Below are positions 19,730 through 29,720 of a stretch of 64,000 bases of DNA, piece after piece. Position numbers and translations under genes: made by a program. How positions within the stretch are numbered: position 1 is the stretch's first letter; each line of letters begins with the position of its first letter. Where the stretch lies: contig JAFSRR010000082.1 of NCBI GenBank assembly GCA_017446025.1, positions 11,027-75,026 on the forward strand, read 5' to 3'. The notes beneath the pieces are model-generated. The model was not told where the DNA came from. It worked only from the letters and a program-made list of their open reading frames with translations, and made no database searches. Source of the stretch: Bacteroidales bacterium (GTDB taxonomy: Bacteria; Bacteroidota; Bacteroidia; Bacteroidales; UBA1402).

Positions 19730-20469
19730 TTCATTCGTTTTACAAAAGCCCGATATGCATAATTGACGAAATACCACGCAGCCCGCATAAAGCCGGTATG
19801 CTCCTCCTTGACGTAGATGTTCCACTGCCAGCCGAGTACAGTCAGCTTGTTGGACGATACCGACTGGCGGTTGACACGGTAGATGGCTTCGACCGTGTTG
19901 GTGTTCTTGGCGATGTAGCCGCGTTTGAGCACGGAAAGCCAAAGGGCGTAGTCCTCATGGCCGATCTTCTTGAAGCGTACCGGACCCACTTTCTTCACAT
20001 CATACATCACCGTCAGGCAGCCCATCACGTTGCCTTTGAGCAATTGACGGTAGGTCACCGAAGGCGGTGCGATGATGTACCGGCCGTTGCGATGCCCCTG
20101 TTCGTCCATTTTCTCATAGTTGGCATAGACAATGGCCACCTTGTCGTCAGCGAACAATGCCAGCTGGTGTTCCAACTTGGTCGGCATCCACAGATCGTCG
20201 CTGTCGAGGAAAGCGATGTATTCGCCCCGGGCATTTTCGATACCGATGTTGCGGGGCAAGGTCGGGGAACCCGAAGGGCTGTCTGTGCAGATATATTTGA
20301 TTCTCGGGTCACGGGCGGCATATTGCTGGATGATCTCGGATGATCCGTCCTTGGAGCAGTCGTCGATGATGAGCATTTCCCAGTCCGTATAGGTCTGTGC
20401 CAGCACCGATTCGATGGTTTCGCGGATCGAATCGCCGGAATTGTAGCAGGGAGTGACGATCGAGATCAT
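19726..20469 (-). CDS. GT2 glycosyltransferase (TuaG-like)
   Basis: Start reassigned to MISIVTPCYN; IIDDCSKD, FLDSDD (DxD), HEDYALW, SVSSNK. Confidence 0.9.
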   Translation of the reverse strand: MISIVTPCYNSGDSIRETIESVLAQTYTDWEMLIIDDCSKDGSSEIIQQYAARDPRIKYICTDSPSGSPTLPRNIGIENARGEYIAFLDSDDLWMPTKLEHQLALFADDKVAIVYANYEKMDEQGHRNGRYIIAPPSVTYRQLLKGNVMGCLTVMYDVKKVGPVRFKKIGHEDYALWLSVLKRGYIAKNTNTVEAIYRVNRQSVSSNKLTVLGWQWNIYVKEEHTGFMRAAWYFVNYAYRAFVKRMK

Positions 20470-21929
20470 TTTTTGTAAGTTCCTTTGAATAAATACTTGG
20501 CCAGCGATCTGAAGCCGATCAGATTGCGCTTGAATTCGGCTGGACTGGTCGCCGACTGCCAGGCTTTTCGCAGCAGGTAGCGCGGGTTGGTGTAGTATTT
20601 TTTGCGGGCATAGTCGCAAAAACGCACCAACTCTTCATTGCTGACATTGGGCAGGTTGATGACCGTGTTGTGCAGGCCTTCGGGGGTGAGCCACTGGCTC
20701 CAGTCTTCGGTGATGAGATAGCCCTTCTGCTTGGCTTCCTCGTAAGCCTCGGTACCGGGATAGACCATCAGGGGGAAGAACTGCGCCGTGTCGGGCAAGA
20801 GTTTCATGGCCAGGTCGAGCGTCTTTTGCATGGTCTCGGGCGTCTCGTTCAGATTGCCCACCATGAAACAGCCGTGCACCAGGATCTTGGCTCGACGACA
20901 GAGATTCATGAAATCGACCGCCTTTTCCAGGTTCAGATGCTTCTTCATGTGCTTGAGCACTTCGTCATCGCCGCTCTCAAAGCCCACAATGACCAGCCTG
21001 AGCCCCGACTGCTTCAAAGTCTTGAAGTAATCCAGGTCGGCAATCAGGTCGGCCCGCTGGTTGATGTTGTAGGGAATCTTGTTGCCCCGACGGATCAGCT
21101 CGTTGGCCACATCGAGCGAGTGCTGCTTGTCGGTGATATAGGTGTCGTCCTCGAAGGTGATGGACTTGACATCGGGAAATTCACGGCGGATATAGTCGAA
21201 TTCATCGGCCACATTGCCGGGCGAACGGTAGCGCATCTTGTGGCCGCTGAACGTTTGCGGAAAGGCGCAGAAGGTGCAGCGGAAAGGACAGCCGCGGCTG
21301 GCGTCTATCGTCACATTGGGATAGGGCGCAAAACCATAGTAATAGTCGTGGATGTCCAGATAGCGCTTATAGATCTCTGATACAAATGGAATGGCATCCA
21401 GGTCGGTGATCAGAGCTGCAGGCTTGTTGGTGACAATCTCCCCACTCTCTTTTTTCCAGACCAATCCGTCCACGGCACTCATGTCGGCGCCGCAGGAAAC
21501 GGCCTCCAGCCAGTCGCGGACGATGTAGTCGTATTCACGCACCGCCACGTATTTCAGATGGGCGGAAGCCTCGAGCGATTCCCTGGGCAGGACAGAGACA
21601 TGCCGGCCCACCATCAGTATGTGGATCTTGGGGTACTTTTCGGCGATCTGGTCCACCACCCTCAGGTCGTTGATGATACTGGGCGTCGAACAGTCGCAGA
21701 CAACCGCCTCGATGTTTTTCGCGGCAATGCGGTCCAGGACGTAGGGCACATCGACACATTTGGCCGGGGCATCCAGGAAATCGACCTCATGACCGGCCTT
21801 GATGGCGATACCGGCCGCGTATGAAAGCCACTTGGGGAAATATAGTGTGCTGCTTTTCGTCACAGCCGGGCTGCGGGATTCCCGGGAGAAGTGATCCAAA
21901 AAGGGCGGATTCAAAAACAGGACATTCAT
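20466..21929 (-). CDS. Cobalamin-binding-domain radical SAM protein (class B, HpnJ-like)
   Basis: VLFLNPP N-terminus, SRGCPFRCTFC (CxxxCxxC), FEDD, VGFESG, HGCFMVG, YPGT. Confidence 0.88.
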   Translation of the reverse strand: MNVLFLNPPFLDHFSRESRSPAVTKSSTLYFPKWLSYAAGIAIKAGHEVDFLDAPAKCVDVPYVLDRIAAKNIEAVVCDCSTPSIINDLRVVDQIAEKYPKIHILMVGRHVSVLPRESLEASAHLKYVAVREYDYIVRDWLEAVSCGADMSAVDGLVWKKESGEIVTNKPAALITDLDAIPFVSEIYKRYLDIHDYYYGFAPYPNVTIDASRGCPFRCTFCAFPQTFSGHKMRYRSPGNVADEFDYIRREFPDVKSITFEDDTYITDKQHSLDVANELIRRGNKIPYNINQRADLIADLDYFKTLKQSGLRLVIVGFESGDDEVLKHMKKHLNLEKAVDFMNLCRRAKILVHGCFMVGNLNETPETMQKTLDLAMKLLPDTAQFFPLMVYPGTEAYEEAKQKGYLITEDWSQWLTPEGLHNTVINLPNVSNEELVRFCDYARKKYYTNPRYLLRKAWQSATSPAEFKRNLIGFRSLAKYLFKGTYKK

Positions 21930-21935
21930 ATATGC

Positions 21936-22664
21936 TTATCTCTTCTTTCCTTGCCGCCTCATCGAGCGCAGGACCAGGTGGCAGAATATATGTACTCTAT
22001 AATAGATGCGAAACCATATCGGATTGTTACTCTTCGAACCGGTAAAAGACACCGTGGCTTCATGCCGGCGATAGGAGACCAGAATCTCGTCTTCCATATA
22101 GCCGCAACGGCAGTGCCACTGGGCATAGAGCGCTATCCACAGGTCGTGGGCGGCCAGGCCTTTGGGAAAGGGCAAAGTCGCTTCCAGCAGTTCCCGGCGC
22201 ATGGCCATGCAGCAGCCCAGCCAGGCATTGTTGTAAAGGTTGTGCCAGAAAGAACGCTTCATGGGCCAGGCAGTATCGAAATGCGGCGACTTGATAACCT
22301 GCATGCGACTGTCCACCAGGCGGCAGTTGCACATGATGCAATCGTAGTGGCCCGTCTGCATGAAGGCTGTCATCTTCTGTATCTTGTCGGGCATCCAGAC
22401 ATCGTCCTGATCGGAGAGGAAGACAATCTCGCCACGCGACTGCTGCAGGGCATACTCGAAATTGCGGGCCACCCCCAGGCGTTCATGGCTGAAGAAGCGG
22501 ATGCGGGGATCGGCAAAGGCGGCAACCACCTCTGCAGTTTTGTCGGTCGAAGCATCGTCCGAAATGACCAGTTCATCCGCTGCATCCATCTGGCAGAGGA
22601 TCGAGGCAATCTGCTCCTGAAGGAACCTGGCCCCGTTGTAGGTGGCCATGCAAACTGAGATCAT
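21936..22664 (-). CDS. GT2 glycosyltransferase (rhamnosyltransferase-like)
   Basis: MISVCMATYNG, SDDASTD, FLSDQDDVW, GCCMA, HDLWI, YRRH. Confidence 0.9.
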   Translation of the reverse strand: MISVCMATYNGARFLQEQIASILCQMDAADELVISDDASTDKTAEVVAAFADPRIRFFSHERLGVARNFEYALQQSRGEIVFLSDQDDVWMPDKIQKMTAFMQTGHYDCIMCNCRLVDSRMQVIKSPHFDTAWPMKRSFWHNLYNNAWLGCCMAMRRELLEATLPFPKGLAAHDLWIALYAQWHCRCGYMEDEILVSYRRHEATVSFTGSKSNNPIWFRIYYRVHIFCHLVLRSMRRQGKKR

Positions 22665-22722
22665 AGACTATGCGTTTCGTACCCGGCGTAAAGACTTCGT
22701 AAAGGCTTTTCCGATATTTGGA

Positions 22723-22730
22723 CAAAAGTA
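22723..22730 (-). promoter_or_regulatory. -7 promoter element (TACTTTTG) for the glycan cassette
   Basis: TAnnTTTG in an AT-rich intergenic region 58 bp upstream of the first GT2. Confidence 0.65.
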
Positions 22731-22771
22731 GTAATAATAATTAAGATTCACAGCCTTTTCATCGGCTTTTT

Positions 22772-23815
22772 TCACTCCACCGCCGGAATGTCGGCAAACA
22801 CCGGCAAATGATCGCTGTAACCGCCATGGTAAGACCGTCCGACATAGGTTCTTTTAGGACGCAATCCCAAGTATTTTTCATCTTCTTCGAGCAGAAAAGC
22901 GGCATTCACCACTCCGGCCGACAATCCGGGAGAGGCATATAGCGATGACGAAACGATGATATGGTCGAGCATGCTCCATTCCCCCTGGTATTTGTGGCTT
23001 TTGACAGGGGCCGTGCGCGCTTGCCGCCACAGCAGGTCGTAGAGTGAGGCCGGGCGGCATCGGGCCGTATCCGGGTGAGCTCCCAGCACCTCGGCCACGG
23101 AGCGGTCGGAGGGTTCGTCGTTCAGGTCGCCCATGATGACAATCCTGGCTTGCGGATCGGCCAGGAAGAGTTCTTCCACCCGTCGCCTGAGCGTCGCAGC
23201 CGCCTGGAAACGAAGCGGTTCGGATGCACGGGCGCCCCCGTAGCGCGAAGGCCAGTGACAGACAAAGACGTGATAGACATGCTGGTCGGGCAACAGGAAA
23301 CTGGCGTGCAAAATGTCGCGAGTGGGCCGGCCCGGCACGCCGTTTTGTGAGGGCATCACCACAGGTATCGCCTCCGAATCAATCAGTTTGAGCCGAAAGC
23401 GATCGTAGATCAGCGCGACATCGATGCCGCGCCAATCGGGCGATTCGTAGTGGATGTAGCGGTATTCCGCCTGATGGAATTCCCTCAGCAGGGTTTCCAC
23501 CACCCGGTCGTTTTCGATTTCAGCCAAGCCGATCAGGGCCGGCAGCCGTCCGTCGCCCGCAGCGGCAAGCGCCTGGGCGATGCGATGGGCCTTGAGCCGG
23601 TAGCGGAGCCAGGTCCAATGGTAGCTGCCCTCCGGCAGGAAATCCTCATCGTTTTTGAGACTGTCGTGACGGGCATCGAAAAAATTCTCAGTGTTGTAGA
23701 AAACCATCCGGCAAGACGGTCTGGCCACCGGAAGCAAAGCGGAAGATTGCGCCAGCCCAAAGGGCATGGCAAAGAGCAGGAAGCCTGCAGTCAGCAGGCA
23801 AACAAAGTGTTTCAT
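22772..23815 (-). CDS. Secreted endonuclease/exonuclease/phosphatase family protein
   Basis: FYNTENFFD, AEIEN, RGIDVAL, HWPSR, MGDLND, LDHIIVS, SDHLPV. Confidence 0.9.
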   Translation of the reverse strand: MKHFVCLLTAGFLLFAMPFGLAQSSALLPVARPSCRMVFYNTENFFDARHDSLKNDEDFLPEGSYHWTWLRYRLKAHRIAQALAAAGDGRLPALIGLAEIENDRVVETLLREFHQAEYRYIHYESPDWRGIDVALIYDRFRLKLIDSEAIPVVMPSQNGVPGRPTRDILHASFLLPDQHVYHVFVCHWPSRYGGARASEPLRFQAAATLRRRVEELFLADPQARIVIMGDLNDEPSDRSVAEVLGAHPDTARCRPASLYDLLWRQARTAPVKSHKYQGEWSMLDHIIVSSSLYASPGLSAGVVNAAFLLEEDEKYLGLRPKRTYVGRSYHGGYSDHLPVFADIPAVE

Positions 23816-23850
23816 GGTATATAACAATTAAATAAATATCAGCGTTTTAG

Positions 23851-25233
23851 CTACTTGAACAGCCAGCGCATCAGGTCATTGCCGTTGGCATAGACCAGCA
23901 GGAACAAGAGCAGGATCATGCCCACCGTCTGGGCCTTTTCAATGAACTTGTCGCTGGGTTTGCGACGGGTGACAACCTCTACCAGCAGGAAGAGGATATG
24001 TCCGCCGTCCAAGCCCGGAATGGGCAGGATGTTCATGAAAGCCAGGATGACCGACAGGAAAGCGGTTGTCTCCCAGAACACACGCCAGTTCCATGCGGCC
24101 GGGAACAGGCTGCCGATGGCGCCGAAACCGCCCAAACTGCGGGCACCTTCCTTGGTGAAGACATATTTCATGTCGCTGGCATAGCCGCCCAGTTTGCGTA
24201 CCGCCAGTTTGATGCCGGCCGGAATCGACTGCCACAGGGAATAGCTGATCTGCCGGGTCTCGTACAACTCGGTGGGCATCTTGGCCGAGAACCCGATCAA
24301 GGCGGTGGAATCCAGCTGGATACTCATCTGTGCCAATTGCCCGCCCCGGTAATAGTCCACTACGATGGTGCTGTCGGCATATTGGCCCAGGAGAGAAACA
24401 AAATCGCTGAAAGCCGGAGTCCCCACCCCTTGGATGGCCACCAGGCTGTCACCGGGCATCAGGCCGGCCGCTGCGCCGGGAGTACCGGGCAACACCTGCT
24501 TGACGACCGTCGGATAACGGAAAGCGGCAAAGCCCTGGCCGGCAGCCATCAGCTGCTGCATGAAATCACGCGGAATCCAAACCGTATCGACCGCTCCGGC
24601 CCGTGATACAAGCACCGTTTCAGCTTCTATGATGGCCCGGAAGGACATATCGTTGAACTGCTCTATTTCCACCCCGTCGGCCGACAGGAGGATGTCACCG
24701 TCGCAAAAACCGGCCCGATGGGCGGGCTCGGAGAATTCCATGCCCAGGGGCACGTTGCGTACCGGCAGGTAGGAAGTCCCCCAGATGCCCAGTACCATGG
24801 AATAGAGCAACAGGGCCAGGATAAAGTTGAAGAGCACACCCCCGGCCATGATCATCAACCGCTGCATGGGCGACTTGGTACGAAACTCCCAAGGCTGCGG
24901 TTCGGCCGCCAGATCGGAGGCCGACTGGGTCTCGTCGATCATACCGGCAATCGAGCAATAGCCGCCCAGCGGCAGCCAGCCCAGCCCGAAGGTGGTCGTA
25001 TCGGGATACTCCGCCCAATGGGCCGGCGGATTCTTCGACAGGAAGTCAAACTCCAGCTTGCCCTTGATGCGTTTGCAACGCAAAAGCGAAAACCATGGGT
25101 TGAAAAACAGGTAGAAACGCTCCACCCGGGTTCCCGACAGGCGGGCAAACAGGAAATGACCGAACTCGTGGATGATGATCAGTATGGAAAGGCTGAAAAT
25201 CAGCTGCAAGGCTCTCAACAAAAAAGGACTCAT
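23851..25233 (-). CDS. rseP: RIP metalloprotease RseP
   Basis: HEFGH (HExxH), LPLGGY, PDZ domains, NILPIPGLDGG. Confidence 0.95.
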   Translation of the reverse strand: MSPFLLRALQLIFSLSILIIIHEFGHFLFARLSGTRVERFYLFFNPWFSLLRCKRIKGKLEFDFLSKNPPAHWAEYPDTTTFGLGWLPLGGYCSIAGMIDETQSASDLAAEPQPWEFRTKSPMQRLMIMAGGVLFNFILALLLYSMVLGIWGTSYLPVRNVPLGMEFSEPAHRAGFCDGDILLSADGVEIEQFNDMSFRAIIEAETVLVSRAGAVDTVWIPRDFMQQLMAAGQGFAAFRYPTVVKQVLPGTPGAAAGLMPGDSLVAIQGVGTPAFSDFVSLLGQYADSTIVVDYYRGGQLAQMSIQLDSTALIGFSAKMPTELYETRQISYSLWQSIPAGIKLAVRKLGGYASDMKYVFTKEGARSLGGFGAIGSLFPAAWNWRVFWETTAFLSVILAFMNILPIPGLDGGHILFLLVEVVTRRKPSDKFIEKAQTVGMILLLFLLVYANGNDLMRWLFK

Positions 25234-25243
25234 AAAAAACTGA

Positions 25244-26410
25244 CTATAAGGTGTTCAAATAATTGCGGGCGATTTCACGGGCCAAGCTGTCCGAGTCGAC
25301 ATAATCCTCGTAGCAGGGCTTGGCGATGAAATCGGCCTTGAGCATGGTATATTCTATCAAGTCGGACATGGCCACAAAACCGATCCTGTCTTGTAAAAAG
25401 GCTTCCACAGCCACTTCGTTGGCCGCATTCAGCACACAGGGCATGTTGCCACCCCGGTGCATGGCCTCGTAGGCCAAGGCCAGGTTGCGGAACTTGTGCA
25501 GGTCGGGATGTTCGAAACTAAGCGAGGCGATCTTGGGAAAATCCACCCGGGGATAGGAAGTCTTCAACCTGACGGGATAGCTGAAGGCATACAAAATGGG
25601 CAGTTTCATGTCGGGCAGCCCTAGCTGGGCCTTGACCGAACCATCCTGGAACTGCACCATGGAATGGACAATCGACTGGGGATGGACCACCACCTCGATC
25701 TGATCGGGCCGGACACCGAAGAGCCACTTGGCCTCGATGACCTCGAAACCCTTGTTCATCATCGAAGCCGAATCGATGGTGATCTTGGCGCCCATCTGCC
25801 AGTTGGGATGGCGCAAGGCCTGTTCCTTGGAGACAAACTTGAGTGCTTCCTCACTGTAGGTGCGGAAAGGCCCGCCCGAAGCTGTCAGGATGATTTTCTC
25901 GATAGGATTGTATGGCTCAAGACACTGGAAAACGGCCGAATGTTCCGAATCCACCGGCAATATCACTGCCTGATGTTTGAGAGCCAGACTGTTGATAATC
26001 TCACCGGCCACCACCATCGTCTCCTTGTTGGCCAAGGCAATGTCCTTGCCAGCCTGCAAGGCGCGGATGGTCGGTTTCAAACCGGAATAGCCCACCATGG
26101 CCGTCAGGACCATATCGACAGGCCCGGCCTCAACCACCTGCTCCAAGGCCTCCGGACCGGCATACACCTTGATGGGCAGGTCGGCGAGGGCTTCCTTCAG
26201 GCGGGGATAATGCGCCTTGTTGGCGATGACCACCGTGTCGGGCATAAACCGGCGGGCCTGCTCGATAAGCAGATCGACCCGGTTGTTGGCCGTCAGGGCA
26301 TAGGCCTCGAACTGGTCGGGATGCTCGGCAATGACTTCCAGGGCCTGCGTACCGATCGATCCGGTCGAGCCCAGGATGACTATCTGTTTTTTGGGATTGT
26401 CGCTGTTCAT
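25244..26410 (-). CDS. dxr: 1-deoxy-D-xylulose-5-phosphate reductoisomerase
   Basis: LGSTGSIG, LANKE, PVDSEH, HPNWQMGAKITIDSA, NKGFE. Confidence 0.98.
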   Translation of the reverse strand: MNSDNPKKQIVILGSTGSIGTQALEVIAEHPDQFEAYALTANNRVDLLIEQARRFMPDTVVIANKAHYPRLKEALADLPIKVYAGPEALEQVVEAGPVDMVLTAMVGYSGLKPTIRALQAGKDIALANKETMVVAGEIINSLALKHQAVILPVDSEHSAVFQCLEPYNPIEKIILTASGGPFRTYSEEALKFVSKEQALRHPNWQMGAKITIDSASMMNKGFEVIEAKWLFGVRPDQIEVVVHPQSIVHSMVQFQDGSVKAQLGLPDMKLPILYAFSYPVRLKTSYPRVDFPKIASLSFEHPDLHKFRNLALAYEAMHRGGNMPCVLNAANEVAVEAFLQDRIGFVAMSDLIEYTMLKADFIAKPCYEDYVDSDSLAREIARNYLNTL

Positions 26411-27243
26411 TAAAAGGAAATATATTCTTCAGGGTTCAGGGCATGTCCTTTGTACCAGAGTTCGAAATGCAGCTGGGCATTCTCGGCCGAAGCAGAAGAT
26501 TTACCGATGAAAGCCACGGCCTCACCGGCCTTGACCGTCTCGCCGGAGCGCTTCAGGACTTCCTTCAACTGACTGTACACCGACACAAAGTCGTTATTGT
26601 GCTGGATCAGGACGATATAATCGAAATCAGGGGTATAGGCCGTCATGATTACCTTGCCGTCCAGGGCGGCCAGCACGGCACGGCGCGTGGGGGCGGCAAT
26701 GTCCAATCCGTTGCGTTTTTCCAGCGGATTGTAGTGGCCCACGATTTCTCCCCTGAGCGGCACGTAGAACAACATCCCGTCGGTGGATATCTGCGGGGCG
26801 AAAGACGAGGCCGCACCCCGTTCACTCTCTTCATACTGGCGACGGAATTCCAATTCCTTCTCGGAAGGATCGGCCACTGTCGTCTGCAAAGCAGCCAGAT
26901 CGGCCAGGTTCATGGTTGTGTCCATCTCGTATTCTCCCGAGATCAAGCCGCGGACAAGTGTCATGTAGCTTTCCTGCTTGGTCATCTGCACAGACAGGGA
27001 GTCCACCCGGAAAGACTCGGCCATGATGCGCTGTTTGAGGCGGGGATCCAGATAGCCGGGCAGGAGATGACGGATGGGGGTGCCGAACAGCACCAGATAG
27101 AACAGCACTAGAAGGGTCAGCACCGCAGCGATGGACGTCAAAATGACCCGGGCCCTGGTGAAACGGGTGGTGAAAACGGTATCCAGCGTGTTTTCGTTCA
27201 GTACCGTAAAACGGAATCTCTGTGTCTTGTATTTCTTCTTCAT
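26410..27243 (-). CDS. M23 family peptidase-like protein (probably degenerate metal site)
   Basis: N-terminal TM; GLDIAA, HFELW, NPEEY; the first HxxxD His and the HxH motif appear altered. Confidence 0.8.
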   Translation of the reverse strand: MKKKYKTQRFRFTVLNENTLDTVFTTRFTRARVILTSIAAVLTLLVLFYLVLFGTPIRHLLPGYLDPRLKQRIMAESFRVDSLSVQMTKQESYMTLVRGLISGEYEMDTTMNLADLAALQTTVADPSEKELEFRRQYEESERGAASSFAPQISTDGMLFYVPLRGEIVGHYNPLEKRNGLDIAAPTRRAVLAALDGKVIMTAYTPDFDYIVLIQHNNDFVSVYSQLKEVLKRSGETVKAGEAVAFIGKSSASAENAQLHFELWYKGHALNPEEYISF

Positions 27244-27255
27244 AGCGCAAATATT

Positions 27256-27786
27256 CTAATACATCTCCAGCAGGCCTTCGGGCACGCGCAGCGACAGGCA
27301 GCTGTTTTCCTTGTCAAAGACTTCGATCAACTCTTCGGCCGCCGGGACAATCAGTTTTCCTTTCGGGCCTCGGACTTCGAGCAACACGTTCAAAGTGGAA
27401 TCATCCACTGCCGTGATTTCGCCAAACGACGCCCCACTCCCGGCATCTGTCAGCTGCCAGCCGACAAGTTGCGTCCACGTGAGCGGCTGATGCTCATACC
27501 AGTCCTTGTCGAGCTGCGACTTGGGATAAAACACCTCCTGGTTGCTCATGGCACGGGCTTGCCGCTCGTTGTCAACACCCTCGAATTTAACCAGGGCCGT
27601 CGTCTCGGAACGGAAACGGTAGGACTCCCAGAAAAAAGGCACCAGGATGCCATCGGTCATGACCAGCCAATAGGGACATTGGGTACGGTCGAAGACATCG
27701 TCCTCGAAATGAAATCCCAATTCCCCGGCAATACCGTGCGGTTTGCCCAGGCGGCCGATCCGGATGACATCTTCAGCTTTGATCAT
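27256..27786 (-). CDS. rimM: 16S rRNA processing protein RimM
   Basis: GKPHGIAGE, PRC-barrel C-terminus ending VPEGLL. Confidence 0.93.
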   Translation of the reverse strand: MIKAEDVIRIGRLGKPHGIAGELGFHFEDDVFDRTQCPYWLVMTDGILVPFFWESYRFRSETTALVKFEGVDNERQARAMSNQEVFYPKSQLDKDWYEHQPLTWTQLVGWQLTDAGSGASFGEITAVDDSTLNVLLEVRGPKGKLIVPAAEELIEVFDKENSCLSLRVPEGLLEMY

Positions 27787-29087
27787 ATTCTCGAAATATG
27801 GGCACCGAGCTCATTGAGCCGCTCATCGATGCGCTCGTAGCCCCGGTCGATCTGTTCAATATTGTTGATGCGGCTGGTTCCCTGTGCCGACAAAGCGGCG
27901 ATGAGCAGGGCAATACCGGCACGTATATCGGGCGATGACATGATGGCTGGCCGCAGCACCTGCTGTTTGTCCAATCCGATAACGGTGGCGCGGTGCGGGT
28001 CGCAGAGGATGATCTGGGCACCCATGTCGATGAGTTTGTCGACAAAGAAAAGACGGCTCTCGAACATCTTCTGATGGATCAGCACACAGCCTTTGGCCTG
28101 GGTGGCCACCACGAGCATCACACTCAAAAGGTCGGGCGTCAGGCCGGGCCAGGGCGCATCGGCCACCGTCATGATCGAGCCGTCGATAAAAGATTCGATG
28201 GTATAATGCTCCTGGGCCGGCACATAGAGGTCGTCGCCGCGGCGTTCGAGCTGGATGCCCAGACGCTGGAAACTGTAAGGAATGATGCCCAGTTCGTCGT
28301 AGGCTACATCCTTGATGGTGATTTCCGAGCCGGTCATGGCAGCGATGCCGACAAAACTGCCCACCTCGATCATATCAGGCAGCAAGCACATCCGGCAGCC
28401 GCCCAGGCTGTCGACACCGACTATGGTGAGCAGGTTGCTTCCGATGCCCGAGATCCGGGCACCCATTTTGTTGAGCATCCGGCAGAGCTGTTGGATATAA
28501 GGCTCGCAAGCGGCATTGTAGATGGTGGTCCGGCCCTTGGCCAGGACGGCAGCCATCAGGATATTGGCCGTACCTGTCACTGAGGCTTCATCGAGCAGCA
28601 TGTAGCAACCGGTCAGTTCCTTGGCTGTGACCACATAGCTGCTGCTGGCGGCATCGTACTCAAATTCCGCACCCAGCCGCTGTATGCCCAGGAAATGGGT
28701 ATCCAGGCGGCGACGGCCGATCTTGTCGCCACCGGGTTTGGCCACACGGGCCTTGCCCAGGCGGGCCAACAGCGGGCCGATAAGCATCACCGAGCCACGC
28801 AAGGCCGCCGTTTTCTGGAAGAAACTCTCTGTCTCGATGGCCGATTCGTCCAATTGGTCGGCCTGAAAACACCAGGAGCCCTTGCCCAGTTTCTCCACCT
28901 TGACGCCCAGGTCGGCAAGCAGAGAAATCAGGTTGTTGATATCCAGTATGTCAGGAACATGGTCGATATAGACTTTCTCCCGGGTCAGCAAGGTGGCACA
29001 AAGCAATTGCAAGGCTTCGTTCTTGGCTCCTTGCGGACGGATGCTCCCCTGGAGGCGGTGACCTCCTTCTACGACAAACGACGACAT
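27783..29087 (-). CDS. murA: UDP-N-acetylglucosamine 1-carboxyvinyltransferase
   Basis: GAKNEAL, PGGDKIGRR (Asp in place of the fosfomycin-reactive Cys), SVTGTAN, DIRAG, RGYE. Confidence 0.96.
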   Translation of the reverse strand: MSSFVVEGGHRLQGSIRPQGAKNEALQLLCATLLTREKVYIDHVPDILDINNLISLLADLGVKVEKLGKGSWCFQADQLDESAIETESFFQKTAALRGSVMLIGPLLARLGKARVAKPGGDKIGRRRLDTHFLGIQRLGAEFEYDAASSSYVVTAKELTGCYMLLDEASVTGTANILMAAVLAKGRTTIYNAACEPYIQQLCRMLNKMGARISGIGSNLLTIVGVDSLGGCRMCLLPDMIEVGSFVGIAAMTGSEITIKDVAYDELGIIPYSFQRLGIQLERRGDDLYVPAQEHYTIESFIDGSIMTVADAPWPGLTPDLLSVMLVVATQAKGCVLIHQKMFESRLFFVDKLIDMGAQIILCDPHRATVIGLDKQQVLRPAIMSSPDIRAGIALLIAALSAQGTSRINNIEQIDRGYERIDERLNELGAHISRI

Positions 29088-29096
29088 GGCGTATCT

Positions 29097-29720
29097 TTAT
29101 TTGCGACGGTTATTCTTCTTTCCGACAGGATTCTTGCTCAGCTGGGCAACATCCCTGACATCCATCAGATGCATATCTTCCTCCTTGATATCGATCCTGC
29201 CCCCCGACAGTTCCCTGAGATCGTCGAACACTTTCTTGTCTTCCATGATTTCGTGGTTCATGGAATAATAGCTCTTCTTCATGTGATTGGCGATCATGCG
29301 GACAAGGGCAGTCTTCTCTTCACCGTCCTCCATCTTGACGGCCTCGTCGATCAGGGCCTCGGCCAGGAAGCCGTAATGACGCACCTTGATGTGACGGCTC
29401 TCATAGGGCACACGCTCGGGTTTGGTCAGCAAATTGTCGCGGCGCACCGGTTCACAGGGATAGTCGATATCCAGTTTGAAATCCGACATGATGGCCAGAT
29501 GATCCCAGAGTTTGTGCTTGAAATCACTGACATCGCGCAGATGCGGGAACAGGTTGCCCATGATCTGGATGATGGCCTGGGCACAGCGGGTACGTTCTTC
29601 CTTGTCTTCCAAGGTCATGGCATAGTCCACCATGCGCTGGATGTTGCGGCCGTATTCGGGCAGGGGCATCGGCGGTATCTGGGTGTTGTACTCCAATTCG
29701 TTGACTTCCATAGATTTCAT
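29097..29720 (-). CDS. DUF4290 domain protein
   Basis: LEYNT..PEYGRNIQ, KLWDHL, IANHMK; the usual Bacteroidota neighbour of murA. Confidence 0.88.
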   Translation of the reverse strand: MKSMEVNELEYNTQIPPMPLPEYGRNIQRMVDYAMTLEDKEERTRCAQAIIQIMGNLFPHLRDVSDFKHKLWDHLAIMSDFKLDIDYPCEPVRRDNLLTKPERVPYESRHIKVRHYGFLAEALIDEAVKMEDGEEKTALVRMIANHMKKSYYSMNHEIMEDKKVFDDLRELSGGRIDIKEEDMHLMDVRDVAQLSKNPVGKKNNRRK

